A stretch of 64,000 bases of DNA from the NCBI GenBank assembly GCA_965262015.1, contig OZ253494.1, positions 353,240 through 417,239 of the forward strand, written 5' to 3'. Under the pieces are notes generated by a model, which made no database searches, was not told the origin of the DNA, and saw only the letters and a list, made by a program, of their open reading frames with translations. The first letter of the stretch is position 1. Every line of letters starts with the position of its first letter. Made by a program: the position numbers and the translations under genes. Source of the DNA: Leptospiria bacterium (GTDB lineage: Bacteria; Spirochaetota; Leptospiria; Turneriellales; CBDBES01). Of this stretch, positions 55,971 to 64,000 are shown piece by piece.

Positions 55971-58900
55971 TTATAGCCCAAGGCTATTCATAATTGTTTT
56001 ATAATAGTGAAAATAATTAGATTCTAAAAAAAGTTTGATCTCAGCTTCTGGTAGCTTACCTAATAAATGATCTAAATAGGCCATTGTATGCTTTAATTCT
56101 TCAAAAGTAAAATCTACATTCATAATATCCGTTTTATTATCTACTGAGGGGGTGGATTCTGGATTTTCCACAATACTTTCTTGTTCAGATTTATCCACAA
56201 CATCTACGGAAGAATCAAAATATTGATCGGATATAATATCATTATAATTATTAGATTCTTTAGTAGTAGAATCAGAACTATCCATTGGTAGCAATGTATT
56301 ATCTACGCTTTGCTGTGGTATCATAGGAGGATCGACTTGCTTAGATACAAAATCATAATATTTTGGTTCTTTACCTATTGAAGATTCTACATCATCTAAA
56401 AGATTATTTAATTCACTTGTATCTAGTTGTATGGGTTCTTTACCTATTGAAGATTCTACATCATCTAAAAGATTATTTAATTCACTTGTATCTAGTTGTA
56501 TGGGTTCTTCATCTTCTGAAGATTCTATGTCATCTAAAAGATTATTTAATTCACTTGTATCTAGTTGTATGGGTTCTTCATCTTCTGAAGATTCTATGTC
56601 ATCTAAAAGATTATTTAATTCATTCGTATTTAATTGTATGGGTTCTTCATCTTCTGAAGATTCTATGTCATCTAAAAGATTATTTAATTCATTCGTATTT
56701 AATTGTATGGGTTCTTCATCTTCTGAAGATTCTATGTCATCTAAAAGATTATTTAATTCATTCGTATTTAATTGTATGGGTTCTTCATCTTCTGAAGATT
56801 CTATGTCACCTAAAAGATTATTAGTAGTTTTATATTGATTGTCAGGCTCTATATTATTGACTATATGATCCTCCAGCATATCATCCAGTGAAGAAGTATC
56901 TGGAGGTAACTTGTCTATAGAGATATTATCCTCTGACTTAATTGGTGGCTCAGATGTCAAACTTAGTGTGCTATCCCCTGTAATATCATCCGACAAAATT
57001 ATATCCTCTGGTGTTGAACTTACACCAAGACCAATATCTTCTAGCATATCATCTAATGAAGAAGTATCTGGAGGTAACTTGCCTATAGAGACATTATCCT
57101 CTGACTTAATTAGTGGCTCTGGTGTTGAACTTACAGCTGTGCTATTCTCTATAGTATCATCTAATGAAGAAGTATCTGGAGGCAACTTGCCTATAGAGAG
57201 ATTATCTTCTGACTTAATTAGTGGTTCAGATGTTGGACTTAGATCTGTGCTATCCCCTGTAATATCATCCGACAACATTATACCCTCTGGTGTTGAACTT
57301 ACAGCTGTGCTATTCTCTATAGTATCATCTAATGAAGAAGTATCTGGAGGTAACTTGCCTCTAGAGGCATTATCTTCTGACTTAATTAGTGGCTCAGATG
57401 TTGGACTTAGATCTGTGCTATCCCCTATAATATCATCCGAAAAAATTATATCCTCTGGTGTTGAACTTACACCAATACCAACATCTTCTAGCATATCATC
57501 TAATGAAGAAGTATCTGGAGGTAACTTGCCTCTAGAGAGATTATCTTCTGACTTAATTAGTGGCTCAGATGTCGAACTTAGTGTGCTATCCCCTGTAATA
57601 TCATCCGACAAAATTATATCTTCTGGTGTTGAACTTACACCAATACCAACATCTTCTAGCATATCATCTAATGAAGAAGTATCTGGAGGTAACTTGCCTC
57701 TAGAAACATTATCCTCTGACTTAATTAGTGGCTCAGATGTTGGACTTAGATCTGTACTATCCCCTGTAATATCATCCGACAAAATTATATCTTCTGGTGT
57801 TGAACTTACACCAATACCAACATCTTCTAGCATATCATCTAATGAAGAAGTATCTGGAGGTAACTTATCTATAGAGAGATTATCCTCTGACTTAATTAGT
57901 GGCTCAGATGTTGGACTTAGATTTGTACTATCCCCTGTAATATCATCCGACAAAATTATATCTTCTGGTGTTGAACTTACAGTTGTGCTATTCTCTATAG
58001 TATCATCCAATGAAGAATAAGTATCTAGAGGTAACTTGCCTATAGATACATTATCCTCTGACTTAATTAGTGGCTCAGATGTTGGACTTAGATCTGTACT
58101 ATCCCCTGTAATATCATCCGACAAAATTATATCTTCTGGTGTTGAACTTACACCAATACCAACATCTTCTAGCATATCATCTAATGAAGAAGTATCTGGA
58201 GGTAACTTATCTATAGAGAGATTATCTTCTGACTTAATTGGTGGCTCAGATGTCGAACTTAGTGTGCTATCCTCTGTAATATCATCTAATGAAGAAGTAT
58301 CTGGAGGTAACTTGCCTCTAGAGGCATTATCTTCTGACTTAATTGGTGGCTCTGGTGTTGAATTTACAGCTGTGCTATCCTCTGTAATATCATCCAATGA
58401 AGAAGAAGTATCTGGAGGTAACTTGCCTATAGAGAGATTATCCTCTGAATAAATTAGTGGCTCTGATGTTGAATTTACAGCTGTGCTATCCTCTGTAATA
58501 TCATCTAATGAAGAAGTATCTGGAGGTAACTTGCCTCTAGAGGCATTATCTTCTGACTTAATTAGTGGTTCTGATGTTGAACTTACAGTTGTGCTATCCT
58601 CTGTAATATCGTCCAGTGAAGTTGGAGGTAACTTGCCTCTAGAGAGATTATCTTCTAACTTAATTAGTGGCTCAGATGTTGAACTTACAGTTGTGCTATC
58701 CTCTGTAATATCATCCAATGAAGAAGAAGTATCTGGAGGTAACTTGCCTCTAGAGGCATTATCTTCTGACTTAATTAGTGGTTCTGATGTTGAACTTACA
58801 GTTGTGCTATCCTCTGTAATATCATCCAATGAAGAAGAAGTATCTGGAGGTAACTTGCCTCTAGAGAGATTATCCTCTGAATAAATTAGTGGCTCTGATG

Positions 58901-60320
58901 TTGAATTTACAGCTGTGCTATCCCCTATAGTATCGTCCAGTGAAGTTGGAGGTAACTTGTCTCTAGAGAGATTATCTTCTAACTTAATTAGTGGTTCAGA
59001 TGTTAAACTTAGATCTGTGCTATCCTCTGTAGTATCGTCCAGTGAAGTTGGAGGTAACTTGCCTCTAGAGAGATTATCCTCTGAATAAATTAGTGGCTCA
59101 GATGTTGAACTTAGATCTGTGCTATCCCCTATAGTATTGTCCAGTGAAGTTGGAGGTAACTTGCCTCTAGAGGCATTATCTTCTGACTTAATTAGTGGTT
59201 CAGATGTTAAACTTAGATCTGTGCTATCCCCTATAGTATCATCCAATGAAGAAGAAGTATCTGGGGGGAGAAGAGTCTCATCTGTCAATGTACTAGTCTT
59301 TTGTAGAGATGTAGAAATTTTATTTGGCATGGGACTACTATCATTAGAGAAAGATGGACTTATTATATCTCCCAATTCACTATCCAGAATATTTTCTAAA
59401 TCATGAGAAAGGGGGTCTACATTTGGTAATGTATTGTTTATTTCTGTATCATCTGCCTTAGAAGCACTTAGTTCCTCAGACAAATCATGAGAAAGGGGGT
59501 CTACATTTGGTAATGTATTGTTTATTTCTGTATCATCTGCCTTAGAAGCACTTAGTTCCTCAGACAAATCATGAGGAAGAGGGCCTACATTTGGTAATGT
59601 ATTGTTTATTTCTGTATCATCTGCCTTAGAAGCACTTGGTTCCTCAGATAAATCATGAGAAAGGGGGTCTACATTTGGTAATGTATTGTTTATTTCTGTA
59701 TCATCTGCCTTAGAAGCACTTAGTTCCTCAGATAAATCATGAGAAAGAGGGTCTATATCTGGTAATGCATTGTTTATTTCTGTATTACCTGCCTTAGAAG
59801 CACTTAGTTCCTCAGACAAATCATGAGAAAGGGGGTCTACATTTGGTAATGTATTGTTTATTTCTGTATCATCTGCCTTAGAAGCACTTAGTTCCTCAGA
59901 CAAATCATGAGGAAGAGGGCCTACATTTGGTAATGTATTGTTTATTTCTGTATCATCTGCCTTAGAAGCACTTGGTTCTTCAGACAAATCATGAGAAAGG
60001 GGGTCTACATTTGGTAATGTATTGTTTATTTCTGTATCATCTGCCTTAGAAGCACTTAGTTCCTCAGATAAATCATGAGGAAGAGGGCCTACATTTGGTA
60101 ATGTATTGTTTATTTCTGTATCATCTGCCTTAGAAGCACTTGGTTCATCAGACAAATCATTATTTGGAGTATATAAAAGATCTTGGATATACTTTTCAGC
60201 ATGATAATCAGTAACAAAAAGATTATCATCTTCTGGATCAACGATTTCAAGAGAATACATACCAAGATCATCATGCTCTTCTTCTGATGACATAATCTCA
60301 AACATATTATGCACTAACAT
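55971..60320 (-). CDS. giant hyper-acidic tandem-repeat protein (1449 aa), no signal peptide
   Basis: A single 4.35-kb ORF. N-terminus 'MLVHNMFEIMSSEEEHDD'. Three distinct repeat arrays, then a unique 130-aa C-terminus ending '...FTFEELKHTMAYLDHLLGKLPEAEIKLFLESNYFHYYKTIMNSLGL'. D/E/S/T/L/P-rich throughout. Confidence 0.7.
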   Translation of the reverse strand: MLVHNMFEIMSSEEEHDDLGMYSLEIVDPEDDNLFVTDYHAEKYIQDLLYTPNNDLSDEPSASKADDTEINNTLPNVGPLPHDLSEELSASKADDTEINNTLPNVDPLSHDLSEEPSASKADDTEINNTLPNVGPLPHDLSEELSASKADDTEINNTLPNVDPLSHDLSEELSASKAGNTEINNALPDIDPLSHDLSEELSASKADDTEINNTLPNVDPLSHDLSEEPSASKADDTEINNTLPNVGPLPHDLSEELSASKADDTEINNTLPNVDPLSHDLSEELSASKADDTEINNTLPNVDPLSHDLENILDSELGDIISPSFSNDSSPMPNKISTSLQKTSTLTDETLLPPDTSSSLDDTIGDSTDLSLTSEPLIKSEDNASRGKLPPTSLDNTIGDSTDLSSTSEPLIYSEDNLSRGKLPPTSLDDTTEDSTDLSLTSEPLIKLEDNLSRDKLPPTSLDDTIGDSTAVNSTSEPLIYSEDNLSRGKLPPDTSSSLDDITEDSTTVSSTSEPLIKSEDNASRGKLPPDTSSSLDDITEDSTTVSSTSEPLIKLEDNLSRGKLPPTSLDDITEDSTTVSSTSEPLIKSEDNASRGKLPPDTSSLDDITEDSTAVNSTSEPLIYSEDNLSIGKLPPDTSSSLDDITEDSTAVNSTPEPPIKSEDNASRGKLPPDTSSLDDITEDSTLSSTSEPPIKSEDNLSIDKLPPDTSSLDDMLEDVGIGVSSTPEDIILSDDITGDSTDLSPTSEPLIKSEDNVSIGKLPLDTYSSLDDTIENSTTVSSTPEDIILSDDITGDSTNLSPTSEPLIKSEDNLSIDKLPPDTSSLDDMLEDVGIGVSSTPEDIILSDDITGDSTDLSPTSEPLIKSEDNVSRGKLPPDTSSLDDMLEDVGIGVSSTPEDIILSDDITGDSTLSSTSEPLIKSEDNLSRGKLPPDTSSLDDMLEDVGIGVSSTPEDIIFSDDIIGDSTDLSPTSEPLIKSEDNASRGKLPPDTSSLDDTIENSTAVSSTPEGIMLSDDITGDSTDLSPTSEPLIKSEDNLSIGKLPPDTSSLDDTIENSTAVSSTPEPLIKSEDNVSIGKLPPDTSSLDDMLEDIGLGVSSTPEDIILSDDITGDSTLSLTSEPPIKSEDNISIDKLPPDTSSLDDMLEDHIVNNIEPDNQYKTTNNLLGDIESSEDEEPIQLNTNELNNLLDDIESSEDEEPIQLNTNELNNLLDDIESSEDEEPIQLNTNELNNLLDDIESSEDEEPIQLDTSELNNLLDDIESSEDEEPIQLDTSELNNLLDDVESSIGKEPIQLDTSELNNLLDDVESSIGKEPKYYDFVSKQVDPPMIPQQSVDNTLLPMDSSDSTTKESNNYNDIISDQYFDSSVDVVDKSEQESIVENPESTPSVDNKTDIMNVDFTFEELKHTMAYLDHLLGKLPEAEIKLFLESNYFHYYKTIMNSLGL
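56364..56830 (-). repeat. array C: 7 tandem copies of a 69-bp (23-aa) unit 'LLDDIESSEDEEPIQL(N/D)T(N/S)ELNN'
   Basis: Near-identical 69-bp periodicity is visible in the DNA (for example 'GGTTCTTCATCTTCTGAAGATTCTATGTCATCTAAAAGATTATTTAATTCA...'). The last two copies read 'DDVESSIGKEP'. Confidence 0.9.
56875..59275 (-). repeat. array B: about 18 tandem units (33-58 aa) of 'KLPPDTSS(S)LDD(I/T/M)...STSEPLIKSEDN(A/L/V)S(R/I)G'
   Basis: About 2.4 kb of nested repeats. The short unit is ~111 bp. The long unit adds 'MLEDVGIGVSSTPEDIILSDDITGDSTDLSP'. The unit count is by eye, from 'KLPP' recurrences. Confidence 0.85.
59403..60158 (-). repeat. array A: 9 tandem copies of an 84-bp (28-aa) unit '(L/P)SASKADDTEINNTLPNV(D/G)PL(S/P)HDLSEE'
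   Basis: Exact 84-bp period (for example 'TCATGAGAAAGGGGGTCTACATTTGG' at 59401 and 59485). Nine 'SASKA' motifs occur in the translation. Confidence 0.9.
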
Positions 60321-60411
60321 ATGAACCTGCTACACCTTGGTAGAGTGTCGGAAGACATTAGTATAGTTCTTAAATATGATATGTGATATCTAAGGTGTTT
60401 ACAATAAATAT

Positions 60412-61362
60412 CTACTTATAAAGTATTAATATTTTTTTCAATAATTGGTGTTTTTGGAATAATGTGAGTAATATACTATATTCTTGGATAAAATGAGGAT
60501 ATCTTTGTAGGAATTCTTTCGCTTCTACCTTGTTATAATAATACATTTGTTGTTTTTTATTATTACGTTGCACTATATTTCCTAGGATGTAGTAGGCATT
60601 GTTTTTAATATCAACGGATACACTCTTTTTCTTGATAATATTTCTGAGTAAAGAAATGGCTAAAGACACGTTACCAATTTTTAAGTTATACAACACTTTG
60701 AAGAGAGAACCTAACTCTTGAGAATGAAAATTACGAGTAAAAGACCAGTCAGGCTTTTTTAATTGAAAGATATCCAATAAAAATCTTGTATCTTGCTTTA
60801 ACAGTATTCTACGCTCTTTTGTATTGGTAAGCCGATTAATTTCATCTCTATATAATTCTCCCCCAAAAATATATAGATATACTAGAATATTAATGGCATC
60901 ACCTAAAAAGAGATCGGGTAAACCCAATATGAGAGATCTCCTAATATAAAAAGTACTCTTAATCCAATCAGATTGGTTAACCAAAGAGTGATACTTTGTC
61001 TTATAAGAATATGACAATAAAAAGACATCTGTTAATATAACAGGCTTCTTATCAATGTGAGTGCAAAATTTTAGGTATTGCACTTTACCATAATAGAATA
61101 ATAGAATTGGATCATCTGGATAAAGCTTTAGTAGAGGTATTAATGTAGCCTCCACATGATTCAACATGCGGATATCTTTTTTGTCTTCTAATTGGAGTAT
61201 ACTTTTATTAAGGGATGTATAATTTTTGTTCCTTCCTATAGAGAAGAAAAAAACATTTATATAATGTTGGTTGTACCAGAGAAAAGTAATCAGACTAGTA
61301 AGAGTCAAAAATAATACCACTATAAGTACTTTGTTAGTTAGATGATGAGTAGTTAGTCTCAT
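60412..61362 (-). CDS. hypothetical membrane-anchored helical-repeat protein (316 aa)
   Basis: N-terminal TM 'VLIVVLFLTLTSLITFLWY'. The rest is predicted helical with TPR-like spacing ('AISLLRNIIKK...NAYYILGNIV'). Co-directional with the giant repeat gene. Confidence 0.45.
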   Translation of the reverse strand: MRLTTHHLTNKVLIVVLFLTLTSLITFLWYNQHYINVFFFSIGRNKNYTSLNKSILQLEDKKDIRMLNHVEATLIPLLKLYPDDPILLFYYGKVQYLKFCTHIDKKPVILTDVFLLSYSYKTKYHSLVNQSDWIKSTFYIRRSLILGLPDLFLGDAINILVYLYIFGGELYRDEINRLTNTKERRILLKQDTRFLLDIFQLKKPDWSFTRNFHSQELGSLFKVLYNLKIGNVSLAISLLRNIIKKKSVSVDIKNNAYYILGNIVQRNNKKQQMYYYNKVEAKEFLQRYPHFIQEYSILLTLFQKHQLLKKILILYK

Positions 61363-61390
61363 GAATGGTTTTGTATCGGCGTAACAAAAG

Positions 61391-61897
61391 TCATTGTTGA
61401 AGGACAGAAATTATCTTATCCATCTCTGCAGACAAAATAATGAGAATTGGCTGTTGATCTTCAAAAACAATAACTAGTCCCTGTGCATAAAAGGTAAGAT
61501 ACTTAATTTTATCTACTTTAAAGTATTCTATTCCTCGTTCACTTTCAAAAGTAAAGTATTTTGTATCGTAAGCTAATATACCAAGTCCGTATCTTTTAAT
61601 GGTAACAAAATCTTTCATTAAAAACTTAAAATATTCTTGTGTATAATCATGTGTTACGTTATAGTCCATGTACATGTATGCTTCTTCATGAAATAGTATT
61701 GAATTATAGTGTTTAGTTGACTTAATTTGCACTTGCTTTGACTGTGTCTCTTTATAACGTAACTTTCCCATGTATTTCTTCCACCTATTCTTCAGAGAAC
61801 TACTTTCTTCTGTTTCTTTTTCGGTAATAAATATACTAGTGGTTATGAGTACTATGCCAAAAAAACAAATAATTAAGGTCAATGCTTCTAATACCAT
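61391..61897 (-). CDS. hypothetical membrane-anchored protein (168 aa)
   Basis: N-terminal TM 'LTLIICFFGIVLITTSIFI', then a small beta-rich domain. First gene of the minus-strand string that ends with fliM and the MMPL gene. Confidence 0.45.
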   Translation of the reverse strand: MVLEALTLIICFFGIVLITTSIFITEKETEESSSLKNRWKKYMGKLRYKETQSKQVQIKSTKHYNSILFHEEAYMYMDYNVTHDYTQEYFKFLMKDFVTIKRYGLGILAYDTKYFTFESERGIEYFKVDKIKYLTFYAQGLVIVFEDQQPILIILSAEMDKIISVLQQ

Positions 61898-61977
61898 GAG
61901 TTACTTATACCATATATCATTTATTTCAATAAAAAATTGCAATTATATTTTGTCATAATGACGACACCTCACCTACA

Positions 61978-64000
61978 ATGAAAATATACGATAAACACCA
62001 TAAAAAAAAAATTGGCATACTCCTCCTTTCTGCTCTTGTATTAGGCTCTGCGTATAAGCTATTTAATATTCATAGAGGTAGACAACGTTCTAATTCTCAT
62101 GAAGTGTTAGACAAACGTATACATGCCATACATAGTTTACAAAACAAAATACAAAATGACCAGGACAACATAGAACACCACTATCAAATAGCCAAACTAT
62201 ATGCATCCTTGGATAAGTACAAATTAGCTCTCCAACATCTACAAAATGCTTATCGTCAAGTAAGTAAAAGTAAGGATAATAATTTAACTTATGACATCTT
62301 AATTGCTTTATCTGGCGTATTATCTAAACTAGATAAGATAGAGGAGGCGATAGCTCTATTAGAAAAAGCTAAGCAAATGAAACCAAATGCCATAACGGCA
62401 TATAACCAAAAAGGCCATCTACATGATCAGCAAGATAAACCTAACAAAGCAGAAAAAGAGTACAAACAAGCGATCCATCTAGATAAAACAGATCCAGACG
62501 CCTATAATAACTTAGCTCAGCAAGCCATTAAGCAAAATAAACTCCCAAAAGCTCTCCAGTATCTTCAAATGGCGACTAAACAAGGTGAAAATAATCCTAG
62601 ATCATTCACATATCTGGGTGATTACTACCAAAAACATAAAAAAATACCCCAGGCAGTAAAAGCTTACCAACAAGCTCTAAAGCTAATACCCAATAATTCT
62701 AGTGTATCTGCAGCACAACTTCATTATAAGATAGCCCAGGCATATAAAAATCAGGGTAATATACCAAAATATCTAGAATACCTAAATAAAGAGAGAAAAA
62801 TCTCAGATATTTATCCTCCATTATCTGAATTACTAGGTGATATAGCTTATAGCCAAAATCGCTTATCTAGTGCCATATCACATTACAAAGATGCTCTTTC
62901 ACATGGTGGGGAAAATATTAAACTAAGAAAGAAATATGTAAAAGCATTCAATGATCATACAGGTAGATTATCAGGAATTATTAAGAATAATGCCAATGAT
63001 AATGGGGGAAATAGCTCGGTAAGCAGTGACATTAGTAATAATAATGGGGGAAATGGCTCGGTAAGTAATGATAATGGGGGAAATGGCTCGGTAAGCAGTG
63101 ACATTAGTAATGATAATGGGGGAAATGGCTCGGTAAGCAGTGACATTAGTAATAATAATGGGGGAAATGGTTCGGTAAGCAGTGACATTAGTAATAATAA
63201 CAAGGGAAATAACTTAGGAAACAATCGTAATGCTAATAATAACGGGAAAAATAACCCAAATCAATCATCTCAACTTGATAATGCCCGAACACTCATCCAA
63301 AAGGGGAAACAGGCTTTTCAAAAAGGTCAGTATCATAGTGCATATAAGTCTTTTTCCCAAGCAAAAAAGATTCATCCTAAACACTTACTGATAGATTACT
63401 TAATTGCACGTACACAAGATAAACTGCAACAAGAGAATCTAGCTATCAGAAATTATAAAAAAGCAAATGCTAAAGATAAAGCTAACCTAAAATCAAGATA
63501 TTACCTAGGTTTATTGTATTATAGGCAAACAAAATATAAAAAGGCACTTAGACTATTTAAAGAAGTTGTTCAACTGGATCACTCATTTGTGAATGGGCAT
63601 TATTCAACAGGATTATGCTATGATAAATTAGCCCAAAATCAAAAAGCAATTTTAGCATATCAAAGAGCACTCCATATTAACTCTGCATTATATGAAGCAC
63701 ATTTTAACATGGCGATATCTTATAAAAAACAGAAGAAGTACAAAAAAGCAATAAAGACCTTAGACGATGCATCCAAAATACATGTTGCAGATGCTAACTT
63801 ATTCTATCAGAGAGGAGAGATATTTGATAAACAATATAACTATGTTTTAGCAAAAAATGCATATATAAAATCCATTAAATTGGATCCTAATCATTTTGAA
63901 GCTCTATTAAATCTTTCTCTTTTATTGTTCAAATCAAAGCAGTATGGACCTGCACGTAAGTACCTGCTTAAAATTTTAGAAACCAGAAAGAATAACCCTA
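61978..64000 (+). CDS. TPR-repeat protein with N-terminal signal/anchor (3' partial; absent from the supplied ORF track)
   Basis: ATG at 61978. I read the frame codon by codon to nt 63999 and found no stop. 'MKIYDKHHKKKIGILLLSALVLGSA' is followed by many TPR-like 34-aa units ('AEKEYKQAIHLDKTDPDAYNNLA', 'AILAYQRALHINSALYEAHFNMA', 'AKNAYIKSIKLDPNHFEALLNLS'). Confidence 0.8.
   Translation, partial: MKIYDKHHKKKIGILLLSALVLGSAYKLFNIHRGRQRSNSHEVLDKRIHAIHSLQNKIQNDQDNIEHHYQIAKLYASLDKYKLALQHLQNAYRQVSKSKDNNLTYDILIALSGVLSKLDKIEEAIALLEKAKQMKPNAITAYNQKGHLHDQQDKPNKAEKEYKQAIHLDKTDPDAYNNLAQQAIKQNKLPKALQYLQMATKQGENNPRSFTYLGDYYQKHKKIPQAVKAYQQALKLIPNNSSVSAAQLHYKIAQAYKNQGNIPKYLEYLNKERKISDIYPPLSELLGDIAYSQNRLSSAISHYKDALSHGGENIKLRKKYVKAFNDHTGRLSGIIKNNANDNGGNSSVSSDISNNNGGNGSVSNDNGGNGSVSSDISNDNGGNGSVSSDISNNNGGNGSVSSDISNNNKGNNLGNNRNANNNGKNNPNQSSQLDNARTLIQKGKQAFQKGQYHSAYKSFSQAKKIHPKHLLIDYLIARTQDKLQQENLAIRNYKKANAKDKANLKSRYYLGLLYYRQTKYKKALRLFKEVVQLDHSFVNGHYSTGLCYDKLAQNQKAILAYQRALHINSALYEAHFNMAISYKKQKKYKKAIKTLDDASKIHVADANLFYQRGEIFDKQYNYVLAKNAYIKSIKLDPNHFEALLNLSLLLFKSKQYGPARKYLLKILETRKNNP
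62995..63192 (+). repeat. 5 tandem copies of a ~42-bp unit encoding 'N(D/N)NGGNGSVSSDIS' (one copy shortened) inside the TPR gene
   Basis: Repeated 'AATGGGGGAAATGGCTCGGTAAGCAGTGACATTAGTAAT' blocks. They separate the N-terminal and C-terminal TPR halves. Confidence 0.85.

Noticed and set aside
56363-59406. Long plus-strand ORFs (369, 153, 138, 135, 133 and 95 aa) antisense to the 1449-aa repeat gene
   Set aside because: They lie entirely within the tandem arrays, and their 'proteins' are just the repeat read on the other strand (for example 'ISSDLISGSDVELT...' iterated). They are interrupted wherever a repeat variant introduces a stop. The minus-strand frame is one continuous 4.35-kb ORF with unique termini. 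They are artefacts of low-complexity periodic DNA.
56364-60158. Possibility that the regularly spaced repeats are a CRISPR array
   Set aside because: The units are contiguous with no unique spacers. Periods are 69, 84 and ~111 bp, all in frame. There is no palindromic repeat core, leader or cas genes. Everything lies inside one ORF.
62955-63224. 89-aa minus-strand ORF 'LLLMSLLTEPFPP...'
   Set aside because: It is antisense to the Asn/Gly/Ser repeat of the plus-strand TPR gene, which is open for more than 2 kb through this region. It is a repeat-generated artefact.
1-64000. tRNA, rRNA, tmRNA, RNase P, SRP RNA or riboswitch elements in the larger intergenic regions (8229-8675, 18199-18372, 19446-19992, 41176-41517, 49999-50215)
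   Set aside because: I recognised no T-loop 'GGTTCGAATCC'-type motif, rRNA signature or conserved riboswitch core by eye. Most of this space is explained by IS debris. A covariance-model scan (tRNAscan-SE, Infernal/Rfam) would be needed to be sure.

Overview
Visibly AT-rich chromosomal segment from a flagellated, aerobic or microaerobic diderm bacterium. I cannot assign a taxon without a database search. All domain calls below come from reading motifs by eye; no searches or computations were run, and hand-counted coordinates may be off by a few nt.

Backbone genes are housekeeping:
- caa3-type cytochrome c oxidase cluster (ctaC 3' end, ctaD, ctaE, ctaF, ctaA), with ctaB elsewhere
- purH, purQ-purS-purC, the egtB-egtD ergothioneine pair
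- infA, gpsA, cysS, a TrmH/RlmB-type methyltransferase, ttcA, rsgA
- mreB-mreC-mreD-mrdA-rodA, ddl
- hrcA-grpE-dnaK-dnaJ, korA-korB
- a B12-dependent acyl-CoA mutase overlapping a bacterioferritin-like gene
- an MMPL/RND exporter and fliM

A decayed IS30-like family is scattered through promoter regions. There are three copies of about 1.0-1.2 kb, all with broken transposase frames, plus several end fragments.

Unknown content is concentrated in three co-directional gene strings:
1. 44.4-50.0 kb: an Omp85-family barrel, a basic exported protein, and a signal-less protein with a discoidin domain and tail-fibre-like repeats. No phage genes are nearby.
2. 51.3-64.0 kb: an orphan fliM embedded among uncharacterised genes. 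These include a 1449-aa hyper-acidic protein built from three tandem-repeat arrays, and a divergent TPR protein that the ORF track misses because it runs off the window.
3. 22.3-27.1 kb: a STAS-ddl-led string of five uncharacterised envelope-type genes.

I recognised no rRNA, tRNA or CRISPR array.
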